Part shown: one piece after another, positions 52,172 through 64,000 of the stretch | Numbering within the stretch: the first letter of the stretch is position 1 | How the letters are laid out: every line of letters begins with the position of its first letter | DNA from: Heptranchias perlo | Taxonomy: Eukaryota | NCBI RefSeq assembly: GCF_035084215.1 | Contig: NW_027139623.1 | Coordinates: 930,001-994,000 of the forward strand | Direction: 5' to 3' | Length of the DNA: 64,000 bases | Translations under genes and position numbers: made by a program | Notes under the pieces: generated by a model | What the model was told of the DNA's origin: nothing | What the model saw: the letters and a program-made list of their open reading frames with translations, nothing else | The model's database searches: none

Positions 52172-52987
52172 TCATACGGAGTCACCTATGGGGCCGCCTT
52201 TTATGGAGTCTATGGGCTCCGCCCATGGCCTGTGATTGGCTGAAGTCCCACACCCTGTCAGGGAGGGACTGCCCCGGGAATTTGATTGGCAGGTTTAAAC
52301 CGAGCTCTGTCAGTCAGACCGAAACGGCGGGACGATTTGGGCCCCAATTGGCTGAGCTGAAATAAATCTTCAATTTCAAAAAGCCCGCCAATTTCAGAGC
52401 ATCAAATAACAGTTTCAAGAAAATCTCATTTCCCTCCAGCAATTTAATAATCTCTCTCTTTATAATCTCCATTATTTCCTTCTCCTCAGCTCAAATCTCA
52501 GGCTGTTTCACATTCCGGTTCATTCTCTGATCTGTCTGTAAACGGGCGGGAATAAAGCCCCGGTCATTGCTTTCCGGAACGGGACAAAGTCCAGCTTCAA
52601 TTTCAAAAATCCCGCCAGTTCCGGCCCCGTGAACCGCTCCTCAAACAGAAACTTCACATCGAACTGATAATTGAATGAGGGCAGGAAATAAAGACCGAGC
52701 AGAGAGGACACAGCGGGAGAGGGAGTGAGGCGGGATTTTACTCTGAGCGGAGAATGTAATGTCTGGAGAAAGAGTCTGTATGACCGCCTGTTCATTTATA
52801 CCGTGAAACCGGGAATTCCGCTCCTTCTCTCGGGATGGCCGAGAACCCGGGCCGTTGTTTCTGATCTCCCTGTACCGAGTGTTGGGGAATCTCCCTATAC
52901 TAATTAAATATCAGAAACTGATTCCCCATCCCGAGATCTTTCCTCTCCCCGTTCCCAGGTCAGTGCTCTCTCTGTGAGGCGGTGGGT

Positions 52988-53003
52988 GGCTCTTAGAAGA
53001 GCC
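52988..53003 (-). terminator. Histone 3' stem-loop (H4)
   Basis: GGCTCTTCTAAGAGCC on the minus strand. Confidence 0.95.
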
Positions 53004-53038
53004 TTTGTTTTGTGTCCGGTTTGAAAGGGTCGAGTTGT

Positions 53039-53359
<321 letters not shown>

Positions 53360-53454
53360 TCACTCAAATCGCTGCTGAATGAAAAACGAACTTCTGCTGC
53401 TTCCGTTTTTATGCAGCCTGCCCCGACCTGACTGAAACAGACACAGGGGTGAGA

Positions 53455-53605
53455 GAGGGAGGGGAGGAGACAGAGTGAGATATTAAACAGAGAGGGGAGG
53501 AGACAGAGTGAGATATTAAACAGAGAGGGGAGGAGACAGAGTGAGATATTAAACAGGGAAGGGAGGAGACAGAGTGAGATATTAAACAGAGAGGGGAGGA
53601 GAGAG
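53455..53605. repeat. 33-bp tandem repeat (about 4.5 copies) in the H4 upstream region
   Basis: gagaggggaggagacagagtgagatattaaaca repeated. Confidence 0.9.
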
Positions 53606-54272
53606 TCAGAGTGACGGACAGAGCGGAGAGCGGCCTCTGATCTTCCAGCTCCACCTCCAGCTTTCTCCACCCGCCAATTTCAAACCGTTTCTCGATAATA
53701 GAACCGAAACACAGCGCTCCGCACAAACCCTGACAGACTCGGGCTTCATATTCAAGGATTCCCAGAAAAGCTTTTAAATAAGCCCCGTTACAATTAACAG
53801 TCAGTAATATTCCTGCCTAAATACAGTCCCTTCTATAACAAGTCAACCCGCCTCCTTCCATTTCAGTGTCAGACCCGATTCGATCTCCCCACACATCCCC
53901 TCCCAGACCGGTTCAGCAGTTGACAAACACTTTATTCCAGCTGATTTGAAGAATCTCATGTGTTGGGGTTTGAATTGTGATAGCGGCGGATCTCCGCCAG
54001 TTTTACCCTGTCACGGACTCTCGCCCTGAATCTGTGAGAAAAAATGAACTGGGACTGGAGCCGAACACACGCCAGTTCCAGTGAGGCCCGGCCCGGACAT
54101 CCCATTCTCTCTATTTTATTTCAGACAGTGGGGGTGGGGCGGGAATAGCGAATGTCAGCGAGTCACCGGGACCCTGGGTTTATTTGAAATGATTTCTATC
54201 TGAAATCTGAGCCCGGCCCCGGGACAGGAATCATCTGATTCCGGGATCAGCTCTTTTCTGAGATACGTGGGT

Positions 54273-54288
54273 GGCTCTGAGAAGAGCC
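54273..54288 (-). terminator. Histone 3' stem-loop (H1)
   Basis: GGCTCTTCTCAGAGCC on the minus strand. Confidence 0.95.
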
Positions 54289-54324
54289 GTTGGGTTCAGA
54301 TGGTCACAAGTTGCACTTGATTTT

Positions 54325-54939
54325 TTACTTCTTTTTGCCCGCTGCTTTCTTAGGCTTTGCTGACTTCGGCTTGGGCTTGGCCCTCGGTTTTTCCACCTTC
54401 TTCGCCTTCGCCTTCACTGTCTTGGGGGTCTTGGGCTTCTTAGCCGCCGCTTTCTTCTTAATTGGTGATTTCGCCGCCTTTTTCGTGGTCGATTTCTTGA
54501 CCGCTGGTTTCTTGGCCGTTAATTTCTTGCTGGCTGTTTTTTTAGCCGCTGGTTTCTTTCCGGGAGATTTCTTCGTCACTTGTTTCTTCACCTTCTTTAC
54601 CACTTTTGCCTGGGTTTCCTTCTTAGCGACTCTGAAGGAGCCCGAGGCGCCCGTGCCCTTGATCTGCACCAGGGAGCCTTTTTCCACATTTCTCTTGATA
54701 CTTAATTTGATCTGGGACCGGAGCTTCTCCACATCCAGGCCTTTGGTAGCCAGAACCTTCTTTATCGCGGCCAGGGATATCCCCTTGCGATCCTTGCAAT
54801 CCGCCACAATCTTGAGGATCTGTTCGCCCAACGGGGGACCGGTGGACTTGGGTCTGGGAACCGCGTTCTTCTTCTTGGGAGCCTTGGGTGGAGCGGCGGC
54901 GGCAGGAGGTGCCGTTTCGGCGGCTGCAGTGTCTGTCAT
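54325..54939 (-). CDS. H1: Linker histone H1 (204 aa)
   Basis: MTDTAAAETAPP..globular domain GTGASGSFR..Lys-rich tail; AAACACA box, GC box and TTTAAG upstream. Confidence 0.95.
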   Translation of the reverse strand: MTDTAAAETAPPAAAAPPKAPKKKNAVPRPKSTGPPLGEQILKIVADCKDRKGISLAAIKKVLATKGLDVEKLRSQIKLSIKRNVEKGSLVQIKGTGASGSFRVAKKETQAKVVKKVKKQVTKKSPGKKPAAKKTASKKLTAKKPAVKKSTTKKAAKSPIKKKAAAKKPKTPKTVKAKAKKVEKPRAKPKPKSAKPKKAAGKKK

Positions 54940-56740
54940 GTCCGGGACTCTGTCGAAAATCTCTCTGACAGTCAGAGCTGGGTCAGAAATGAAACGAGAG
55001 GCGGCGGCACAGAGCAACTTAAAGGCACAGAGCGGACGGGGCGGAGACATCCTGCTGTCAGCTCCCGGCCCCTCCAGCCTCTCTGTGTTTCTCTCTCCTC
55101 TTAAACTCCCCGATTCCAATTCAAATCGGGCACTCCAGAGTCCCAGACTAGCCCCTTCCCATCTCTAACACCGGTATGTTTGCTGTCGATAAACTTTCAC
55201 CGGAATTAAAAGCACCAGTTTCGATTTAAACCCGTTTCATTGCTGCACTGATCGCGCTCTCTCACCCGATCGCCGACATGATCTTCGTTTTTCGGCTGAA
55301 ATCTTGAATTGATCTGAAACTTTACATTAAATTTCCACTTCGGAGCTCGGCAGGGGAGGAGGGCGATCCTTTGACAGGGATTTTTTCAAAATTTTACTCA
55401 AAATAGACTTGGAAATCCGGCGATGAGACCGGCCACACAAACACAGTGACATGAACCTCACCCACCCGCCCCTTTAACACACTCTCTCTGACACAATGTT
55501 CACATCTTCACATTCACAGGACAAACTGTTCGCCAGATTGACAATTCCCGGGACAGGCTTTCCTCCCCGCTCGGCCTGTGCTGCAGATTCTCGGGGGTTA
55601 GTTGTCGTTTCCCAGCTCAGTAACTGTTAAACACCCTGAGGCCGGCGCTCCTCACAGTGTCTGGTCCCCAGATTCAGGGACAGGAGACAATCACAGCTGT
55701 GGATGTGATAATCCATATCTGGTTTTACATGATTATATTATTCACACTCAGCAATATGTTTGGTTGAGACGATAATACAAATTATCCGCTCTGGGCTCCT
55801 CCAGTCTCTCTGTCTTTCTCTCCCTCCTCCTAAACTGACTGACAGACAAAAGTAACTGGTGTCCTATCCGTCCCATTCTCAACACCCAGAGACGGCCAGT
55901 TATTGAATAAATTCAACATTCACAGGCAGTCCAGTGTCAGACAGTTACAGGCTGTTTCTCTCCACCTTTCCTTACTGGACTGGAGACTGATAAATGCACC
56001 GTCAGACCGGCTCATACAGAATAGAAGGGACAGTGACCGTCTCACCAACAGCACCGGAGGTCTGTTCACAGACACTGAATCAGTCTTTACCTTCCAACAG
56101 GGTGTTCATATTACGCTCAATAACACTATCCCGCTTTCATGTACAGCGCTAGAGATAGAGAAATACAGACGGACAGATAAAGAGACAGACAGAGACAGGC
56201 ACACAGACAAAGTATCATTCTCACACTTCCTCTCAGTGTGTCCGTTTCACACTCAGCAAACAGTATCCCACCTTCGTGCACAGCGCCAGAGAGATACAGA
56301 CAGGCAGAGTATCAGCCATACGCTTCCCATCAGTGTCTCTGTATCACGCTCAGCAGCAGTATTCCACCTTCATAAGTTGTACAAAAGAGAGAGAGAAACT
56401 GACCTGCAATGTCCCGTTTTCACCCAGTAACAAATTGGAAAATTCTCCATTCCAATTGCCATTCCAAGCTGGAGTGACAGAAGATGCAGTCTCATCTCTC
56501 ACTGATATTATTTCAGAGACAGACACATTATTAATCCCACTCTCAGGGACAGTGTCACGCATTTAACCCTCTCTTGCATGTTGTACCCTCTGCAATTTTG
56601 CAGCTCATGGCCCTTCTGCATTTCTCTCAGTGACCGAGATTTTCACTCCGATTGAAATAATCTGGGACTGTTGCCGTCAGATATTAATCCGACACGGTCC
56701 CAGCAAATACACCGACTCCCACTTTCCTCCCATGTTTCTC

Positions 56741-56873
56741 GAGGATGAAATCCTCTCATTTCGAGGATTTCATTTTCACATCGTTCACCTGACGAAGGAG
56801 GAAGCCTCCGAAAGCTTGTGAATTTAAAATAAAATTGCTGGACTATAACTTGGTGTTGTAAAATTGTTTACAA
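56741..56873 (+). mobile_element. Penelope-like insertion with hammerhead at 56784-56822; empty site in paralog near 36290
   Basis: Flanked by duplicated ttctc; the paralog reads catgtttctccaggattgg uninterrupted. Confidence 0.8.
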
Positions 56874-57261
56874 TTCTCCAGGATTGGTTGGAGGAATCCG
56901 GCCTCCAGATACGGAGTCACAAGTTTCTTTATCAGTAAAGGGACCAAGAATGAACAGAACCAATTGGCTCATTTCACAGCCGCCCACTTTATCTCTGAAA
57001 GACTCTTTTCCATCAAAAGATACCGAGAGAAACAGCAGGGATGGAAACATCTAGTTTAATAGTTAGAGATTGGAAAGTCAGTCTGGATTCCAGCGTTAGG
57101 CACTGGTGGAATCCCATCTGTTTCCCATTCTGGTGCCTGTTCCTGCACTGCCTGTGGACCCCATTCCCTCTGACCTTTCCCCCAGACCCACTTCCTTTGC
57201 TCAGACTCGGAAAAATTCAAATTGGGGAAAGTTTCCATCGATTTTTGTATTGGGAATTAAA

Positions 57262-57658
57262 TCAGATATCTGCGCATGCGTGACGCAGCCCCGCCCCCAG
57301 CCCTGGTCGTCGTTGAACGGAAGAGCGCATGCGCGCTGCCCTCCCCCAGCTCGGCCTGTGGGCGCCATTCCCTCAGTGAGCGGAAGAAGATGGTTTAAAA
57401 CAGCCGGGAATGGAGAGATCACGGCCCCCGGGGGAAGGGAGCAAAGAGCAGCCTCGTTACAGCAGCTCATCGCTTCGGGACCGTGTCCGCAGATGGGCTC
57501 AGAGATCGGCATTGAGTCCGGGGGAAGGTCAGGGGGAGTCCGGGGGCTGTTTGTAAGAGGCGGAGTGGATCAGGAACTGGTCCCGGAACATGGAGTGAGC
57601 GGGGGAAGGGAGAGGTCATTCTCGGGCTGTGTGTGGACAGGGTGTGTCCAGGGTAAGG
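57262..57658 (+). promoter_or_regulatory. CpG-island promoter/first-exon-like element, copy 2
   Basis: Same motifs as 36660-37056; TGACGCA replaces TGACTCA. Confidence 0.6.
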
Positions 57659-58689
57659 GAGACAGAATGGGAAGAACCAGCTATTTAAAATCATTGCTGC
57701 TTTCTCTCCCCAAATCAGTAGTGAATGTTCCTGGTTTAGTTCCAGTCTCACCCTGTTACTGGACAGTGAACAGTCAGGATGTGGGGAGTGAAACAAGCAG
57801 TATCTATTGCAGGCATCAGGTGAGAAGTGTGAAGGACACATTTTAAACAGCGGTTGTTTGGTTTGGGGTGAACGGCTAGTCCCATGGGAGAGGAGTTGAG
57901 AAACCTGACCTGTACAAAGGTCCCTGCCCCATCGGGTAGTCCCATTCACGGATCAGTGCAGGGGTTGTGTTGTGTCTGGATGTCACTAAATTGTTACAGA
58001 ATCGTCCAACACACCGGGTGTGCAGAAGCTGAGTGCTGCAGTACTGCAGTGGAGTCAGACATTGACACTGTTTGTATCACTGGTTTTCATTTGTGGATAT
58101 TCAAAATGATCATTAACAGAGATATTAAACTGATCACTTTTGTATTTTCAACCTCACCTGTTCCTGAGTAATAAGAGATAATTTTCTTTCCACAGGCAAA
58201 TCCTTGAAGGATCCAGAATAAATGTGATGTTTCCTCCACCCGAGGCAAAAGAAACAGTGCAGCCAGCTCCTTCTCACACACAGTAAGTACATTATCACAC
58301 ACACAGAGCACGGAGTCACAGACAGGTCATCAGTTCCACAGTCTCAGATAGCAGAAGTAGTCAGTACCACACTGATCCCAAGACCCAGAGACACATTTTC
58401 AATCCAACCATCAAACAGAGCAGTTGAAGTAGATACTGTTCCATTTCTCCCAAACTCAGTTCCGCTGACAGGGAAATACAAAAATCCCAGTCAAAATCAC
58501 ACTCTCAGATTGAAAGGCACTGTGTCAATCTCACAATTGGGCAACATTAAATACCAGATAGAAATCACACATGGTACCCGATTGAAAGGGACAGAATGAA
58601 CCCCAATAATGTACCCTGAGATTCGAATTGAATACCACCCCACAACTCACAAATGTGAGTTTAATACATGCAGTATCCATTCGATTAAT

Positions 58690-61600
58690 GTATCATGAGG
58701 TACAAACTGCAGACATGTCCAAAACTCATGTAGAGTATCAGACTGAGAAATGTTGTGACAGTCGAACCTGAAAAACAAATGAGAAACCAGTTTATAATAC
58801 ACATAGTATGAGATGTAAATACACAGTATCAATTCTATTAGTGCACACTGAGATACACATTACATACCAGTCCAAAAATCTCATACAATATTAGACTGAA
58901 AGGCACAGTATCGATTACAATAGTACAGACTGAGCTGCACATTATATACCAATTCCAAAATCACTATATCAGTTTGAAATATATGTTATCATTCACAATA
59001 GTACACAAAGATATTGATTTAATAGTAGTCCAAAAAGCACACAAATTATCTGATTAAAAACCTCCAGCACCAAATCCTAAAGTATATCCATATTTACCAA
59101 TTAAATGAAAAAAACTATTTAAACATGAAGATATTAAAGCTGCAGTATTGAACACCATAATGTAATCTGAGACAATAATTATAGACAGATGCAGAATAAA
59201 TCTCACACTCTTATGGTACCAATGTTGACAGAGAATGTATCCCAAACTCTCATAATGTACCAGAGACTGGCAGATAAAGTATGAATCCCACACTCACACA
59301 GCATCAGAGACTGTATATATCAAATGAATCGCAAACTCAAACACACTACTGACAAGATACACAATGAATCCCACACAGTATCACGGACTGAGAGATACAA
59401 AATGAATCTCTCAGTCACCTACATTAGTGCAGGCTGAGTTACAAATTAGGGACCAGTCCACAAATCTCAGTGTCAGATTGAAAGATACAGTACCAATTCC
59501 ATTAGTGCAGACTGAGCTACATATTAATTACCAATACAAAAGACCAATGCAGATTCAGACTGAAATATACAGTATTCCATTTATGCAGACTGAGCAACAC
59601 ATTGTATATAAGTTCAACATGTCACCATGTCAGTTTGGAAGATACACTGTATCACAATTGTGTTCACATTGATGCAGATTTAATCGTAGCCAAAAAGTGC
59701 AGTGATTCTCTGATTATAACCTACAGCAACACATTTTAACGTATATAATTACTTACCACTTAAACACTGGGAAAAATTATTTATACATTTATGTATTAAA
59801 GATACAGGTTTGAATGCCATGCTGTGAAATGAGATACAAATTAGATACAGATAAAGAATGAATCTCATACTCAGATCCAGTGCCAGAGACTGACATAAAG
59901 AATGAATCCCTCACTCATACAATGTACCACTGACTGACAGACACAAAATGAATCCCACACTAACATACAGTAGCACAGACTGACAGATACAGTATATATA
60001 TCACTCATATACAGTATCAGAGATTGATGGAAATGGAATGAATGTCTCACTCACATGCAGCACCAGAGACTGACAGATATGGAATTAATCCCAAATTCAC
60101 ACATGGTGCCAGAGACTGACAGGAACAGAATGAATCTCATTCAGATACAGTACAAGGGGCTGACATATATAGAATCAATCCCACACTCACACACAGTACC
60201 ACAGGCTGACAGAATCAGAATGAATCACAAAGTACCACAGTCAGACAAATACAGAATGAATCTCTAAGTCAAATCACTGCAGACTGAGTTACACATAACA
60301 TGCCAGTCCAAAAATCTTCGTGTCAGATTGAAAGATAATGTATCAATTCCATTAGTGCAGACTGAGCCAAACATTATATAGCAGTCCAACACTGTCAGAC
60401 CATATCAGACTCAAAGATACAACATCAATTCCTTTAGCATGTACTGAGCTACATGTTACACACCAGTCCAAAAATCTCATACAGTAACAGACTGATAGAT
60501 ACATTATCAATTCTATTAGTGCAGGCTGAGCTGTATATTACATTCCAGTCCAAAAATCTCAGTGTCAGACTGAGATACAGAATTAATTCCATTATTATAG
60601 ACTGAGCTACACATTATATACCAGTTAAATAATTTCACCATGGAGAGATTGAAAGGTACATTATCATTCACAACAGAGTTCAGAGATGAAGATGTAATAC
60701 ACTCACAAACATTGTTTGATTAAAGAAAATCCAAAAGTGTATCAATATTTACAAATTAAACACTTGATAAAAAACGGCATATACTTTAAAGTATTAAAGA
60801 TATAGTTTCAAATACAATAATATAAACTGAAATAAGAACACAGAATGAATCCAGACTTGCACATTGTCTCAGAGACTGAATTATAGAATAAAACCCAGAC
60901 TGAGATAAATTGGCTGAGACTGACAGATACAGAATGTATCCTAAACTCATATACAGTATCAGAGACTGACAGATACAGAATAAAGCCCACATTCACATGC
61001 AGCACCAGAGACAGACAGAAACAGAATGAATCCCACACTCACACACAGTACCAGAGACAGACAGAAACAGAATGAATCCCACACTCACACACAGTACCAA
61101 AGGCAGACAGATACAGAATAAACCCCATACTCATGTGCAGTACCAGATACAGACAGGTACAGAATAAACCCCACACTTATATACAGTATCAGAGACTGAA
61201 AAATACAGAATAAACCGCACACTCATATACAGCACCAGAGACAGACAGAAGCAGAATAAACCTGACACTCGCATACAGTACCCGTTACAGACAGATACAG
61301 AATAAACCCCACACACGTACAGTACCACAGACTGACAGGCACAGAATGAATCCCACACTCACACACAGTACCAGACACTGAAAGATACAGAATAATCCTC
61401 ACATTCATATACAGTACCAGAAACAGACGAATAAAGAATAAACCCCACACTCATTTGCAGTACCAGAGACAGACAGATACAGAATGAATCCCAAATTCAC
61501 ACACAGTACCAGAGACTGACAGATACAGAATGAATCCCAAATTCACACAAGGTACCAGAGACTGACATACACTGAATAAACCCCACACTCATTTCCAGTA

Positions 61601-62340
61601 CCAGAGACTGACAGATACAGTATATACCCCCCACTCATTTGCAGCTCAAGAGACTGACAGATACAGAATAAACCCCACACTCATATACAGTACGAGAGAC
61701 TGATAGGCACAGAATGAATCCCACACACACACAGCACCAGAGACTGACAGATACAGAATAAACCCCACACTCATATGCAGCACCAGAGACTGACAGATAC
61801 AGAATAAACCCCACACTCATATACAGTACCAGAGACTGACAGATACGGAATGTGTGAATTTGGGATTCACAGTATCGGAGACAGACAGATACAGAATAAA
61901 CCTCACACTCATGTACAGTATCAGAGACTGACTTATACAGAATGAATCTTATACTCACACACAATACCAGAGACTGACAGATACAGAATAAAGCCCAACC
62001 TCATATACTGTACCAGAGACAGATAAATACAAAATAAACACCAAACACATCTACAGTATCGGAGATAGACAGATAGAGAATAAACCCCACACTCACACAC
62101 AGTACCAGAGACAGACACAGAATAAAAGCTACACTCACACACAGTACCAGAGACAGACAGATACAGAATAAAACCTACACTCACACACAGTACCAGAGAC
62201 AGACCAGACAGGCACAGAATAAACCCCACACTCACACACAGTACCAGAGAGTGAAAAATACAGAATAAACACCAAACTCTTGTACAGGATCAGAGACTGA
62301 CAGATACAGAATAAACCCCACAATCATGTAAAGTGCCAGG
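58690..62340. repeat. Compound 82/46-bp satellite, three modules
   Basis: Same units and linkers as 38050-43130. Confidence 0.9.
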
Positions 62341-62354
62341 AAAAATTGTTTGGT

Positions 62355-63805
62355 TAGTGAGTGTCTGTAAATGAAGGAAACATGTTGTCTGGTAAGGGAG
62401 TGTCTATACATGAAGGAAAAACGGTGAAGGGTCAGGGAATATCTATAAATGAAAGAGAAATGGTGACAGGTCAGGGATTGTCTATAAATGAAGGTGAAAT
62501 GGTTTCTGGTAAGGGAGTATTATAAATGGGAGAAGACATGGTGACAGGTCAGGGAGTGTCTAAAAATGAAGGCGAAATGGTGACGGGTGACGGAGTGTTC
62601 ATAAAGGAGGGAGAAATGGTGACAGATGAGGCAGAGTCTGTAAATGATGGAGAAATGGTGACTTGTCAGAGGGTGTCTGGAAATGAAGGAGAAATGGTGA
62701 CTGGTCCGGGAGTGTCTGTAAATGAAGGAGGAATGGTGATTGGTCCGGGAGTGTCTGTAAATGAAGGAGGAACGGTGATTGGTCCGGGAGTGTCTGTAAA
62801 TGAAGGAGAATTGTTGACAGGTCAGGTAGTGTCGATATCTGAAGGAGAAACAGTGATGGGTCAGGGAGCGTCTATTAATGAAGGGAAATGCTGACGGGTC
62901 AGGGAGAGTTTGTAAATGAAGGAGAAATGCTGAAGGGTCAGGAAGCGTCTATAAACGTAGGAGAAATTGTGTTTGATCAGGGAATGCCTGAAAATGAAGG
63001 CGAAATGGTGACTGGTCAGGGGGTTTCTGTAAATGAAGGAGGAATGGTGATTGGTCAGGGGGTGTCTGTAAATGAATGCGAAATGGTGACTGGTCAGGGG
63101 GTGTCTGTAAATGAAGGAGGAATGGTGATTGGTCAGGGGGTGTCTGCAAATGAAGGAGAAATGGTGACTGGTCAGGGGGTGTCTGTAAATGAAGGAGGAA
63201 CGGTGACTGGTGCGGGAGTGTCTGTAAATGAAGGCGAAATGGTGACTGGTCAGCGGGTGTCTGTAAATGAAGGAGAAATGGTGAGTGGTCAGGGGGTGTC
63301 TGTAAATGAAGGCGAAATGGTGACTGTCAGGGAGAGTCTGTGAATGAAGGAGGAACGGTGATTGGTCCGGGAGTGTCTGTAAATGAAGGCGAAATGGTGA
63401 TTGGTCCGGGGGTGTCTGTAAATGAAGGAGGAACGGTGATTGGTCCGGGAGTGTCTGTAAATGAAGGCGAAATGGTGATTGGTCCGGGGGTGTCTGTAAA
63501 TGAAGGAGGAACGGTGATTGGTCCGGGAGTGTCTGTAAATGCAGGAGAATTGTTGACAGGTCAGGGAGTGTCGACATCTGAAGGACAAAAAGTGATGGGT
63601 CAGAGAGTGTCTATTAATGAAGGGACATGCTGACGGGTCAGGGAGAGTTTGCAAATGAAGGAGAAATGCTGAAGGGTCAGGGAGCGTCTATAAATGTAGG
63701 AGAAATTGTGTTTGATCAGGGAGCGTCTGAAAATGAAGGAGAAATTGTGATAGGTCAAGGAAAATCTTTAAGTGAAGGAGAAATGGTGACTGGTCAGGGA
63801 GAGTC
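62355..63805. repeat. 39-bp minisatellite
   Basis: Unit gtctgtaaatgaaggagaaatggtgactggtcagggggt. Confidence 0.92.
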
Positions 63806-64000
63806 TTTTGCCAAAATTGGGAGATATCACAGATGGACGGCATACAGGCAGCTATACGGAGGGACATTGTGTGGAAATGAGGGGCAGAGCATATACACAC
63901 AGCCAGAGTCAGCATATTCAGGAGAGGAGAGGGGAATCAGTGAGTGTGGAACTGAATCCAACCAGAGTCAGCAACTTCAGGGGAGGAGAGGGAGGGGAAC

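Noticed and set aside
54290-55168. 292-aa plus-strand ORF, and other ORFs overlapping histone genes (49270-49623, 50759-51103, 51665-52243, 53012-53431)
   Set aside because: Antisense shadows of histone coding sequence.
57106-57846. 246-aa ORF (191 aa in the paralog) as a protein-coding gene
   Set aside because: Non-ATG start, spans promoter motifs, no recognisable domain, and the paralog stops earlier.

Overview
Vertebrate genomic DNA, most likely a cartilaginous fish (inferred from the Deu-domain SINE, abundant CR1/L2 LINEs and Penelope-type repeats; species not determinable here). Left half (1-33.5 kb): one multi-exon minus-strand gene, reconstructed exon by exon from GT/AG boundaries. 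It encodes a type-I Ig-superfamily inhibitory receptor of LILR/FcR-like/LITR-like architecture: split leader, six phase-1 Ig exons, stalk, transmembrane exon and a tail with an ITIM (LTYADL) and an ITSM (TTYAMV). It has a frameshift in Ig1, an in-frame TGA in the stalk exon and four tandem promoter/leader modules. Right half (35-64 kb): three tandem copies of a histone-cluster repeat unit. Only the third keeps the H2B>H2A><H3<H4<H1 quintet, all five genes with 3' stem-loops; the other two have lost their histone genes. The units carry CpG-island promoter elements, orphan histone 3' ends and compound 46/82-bp satellites. Four young Penelope-like insertions with target-site duplications are scattered across the window, each carrying a minimal type-I hammerhead ribozyme. 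Repeat boundaries are approximate, read by eye; exon and histone coordinates were counted base by base.
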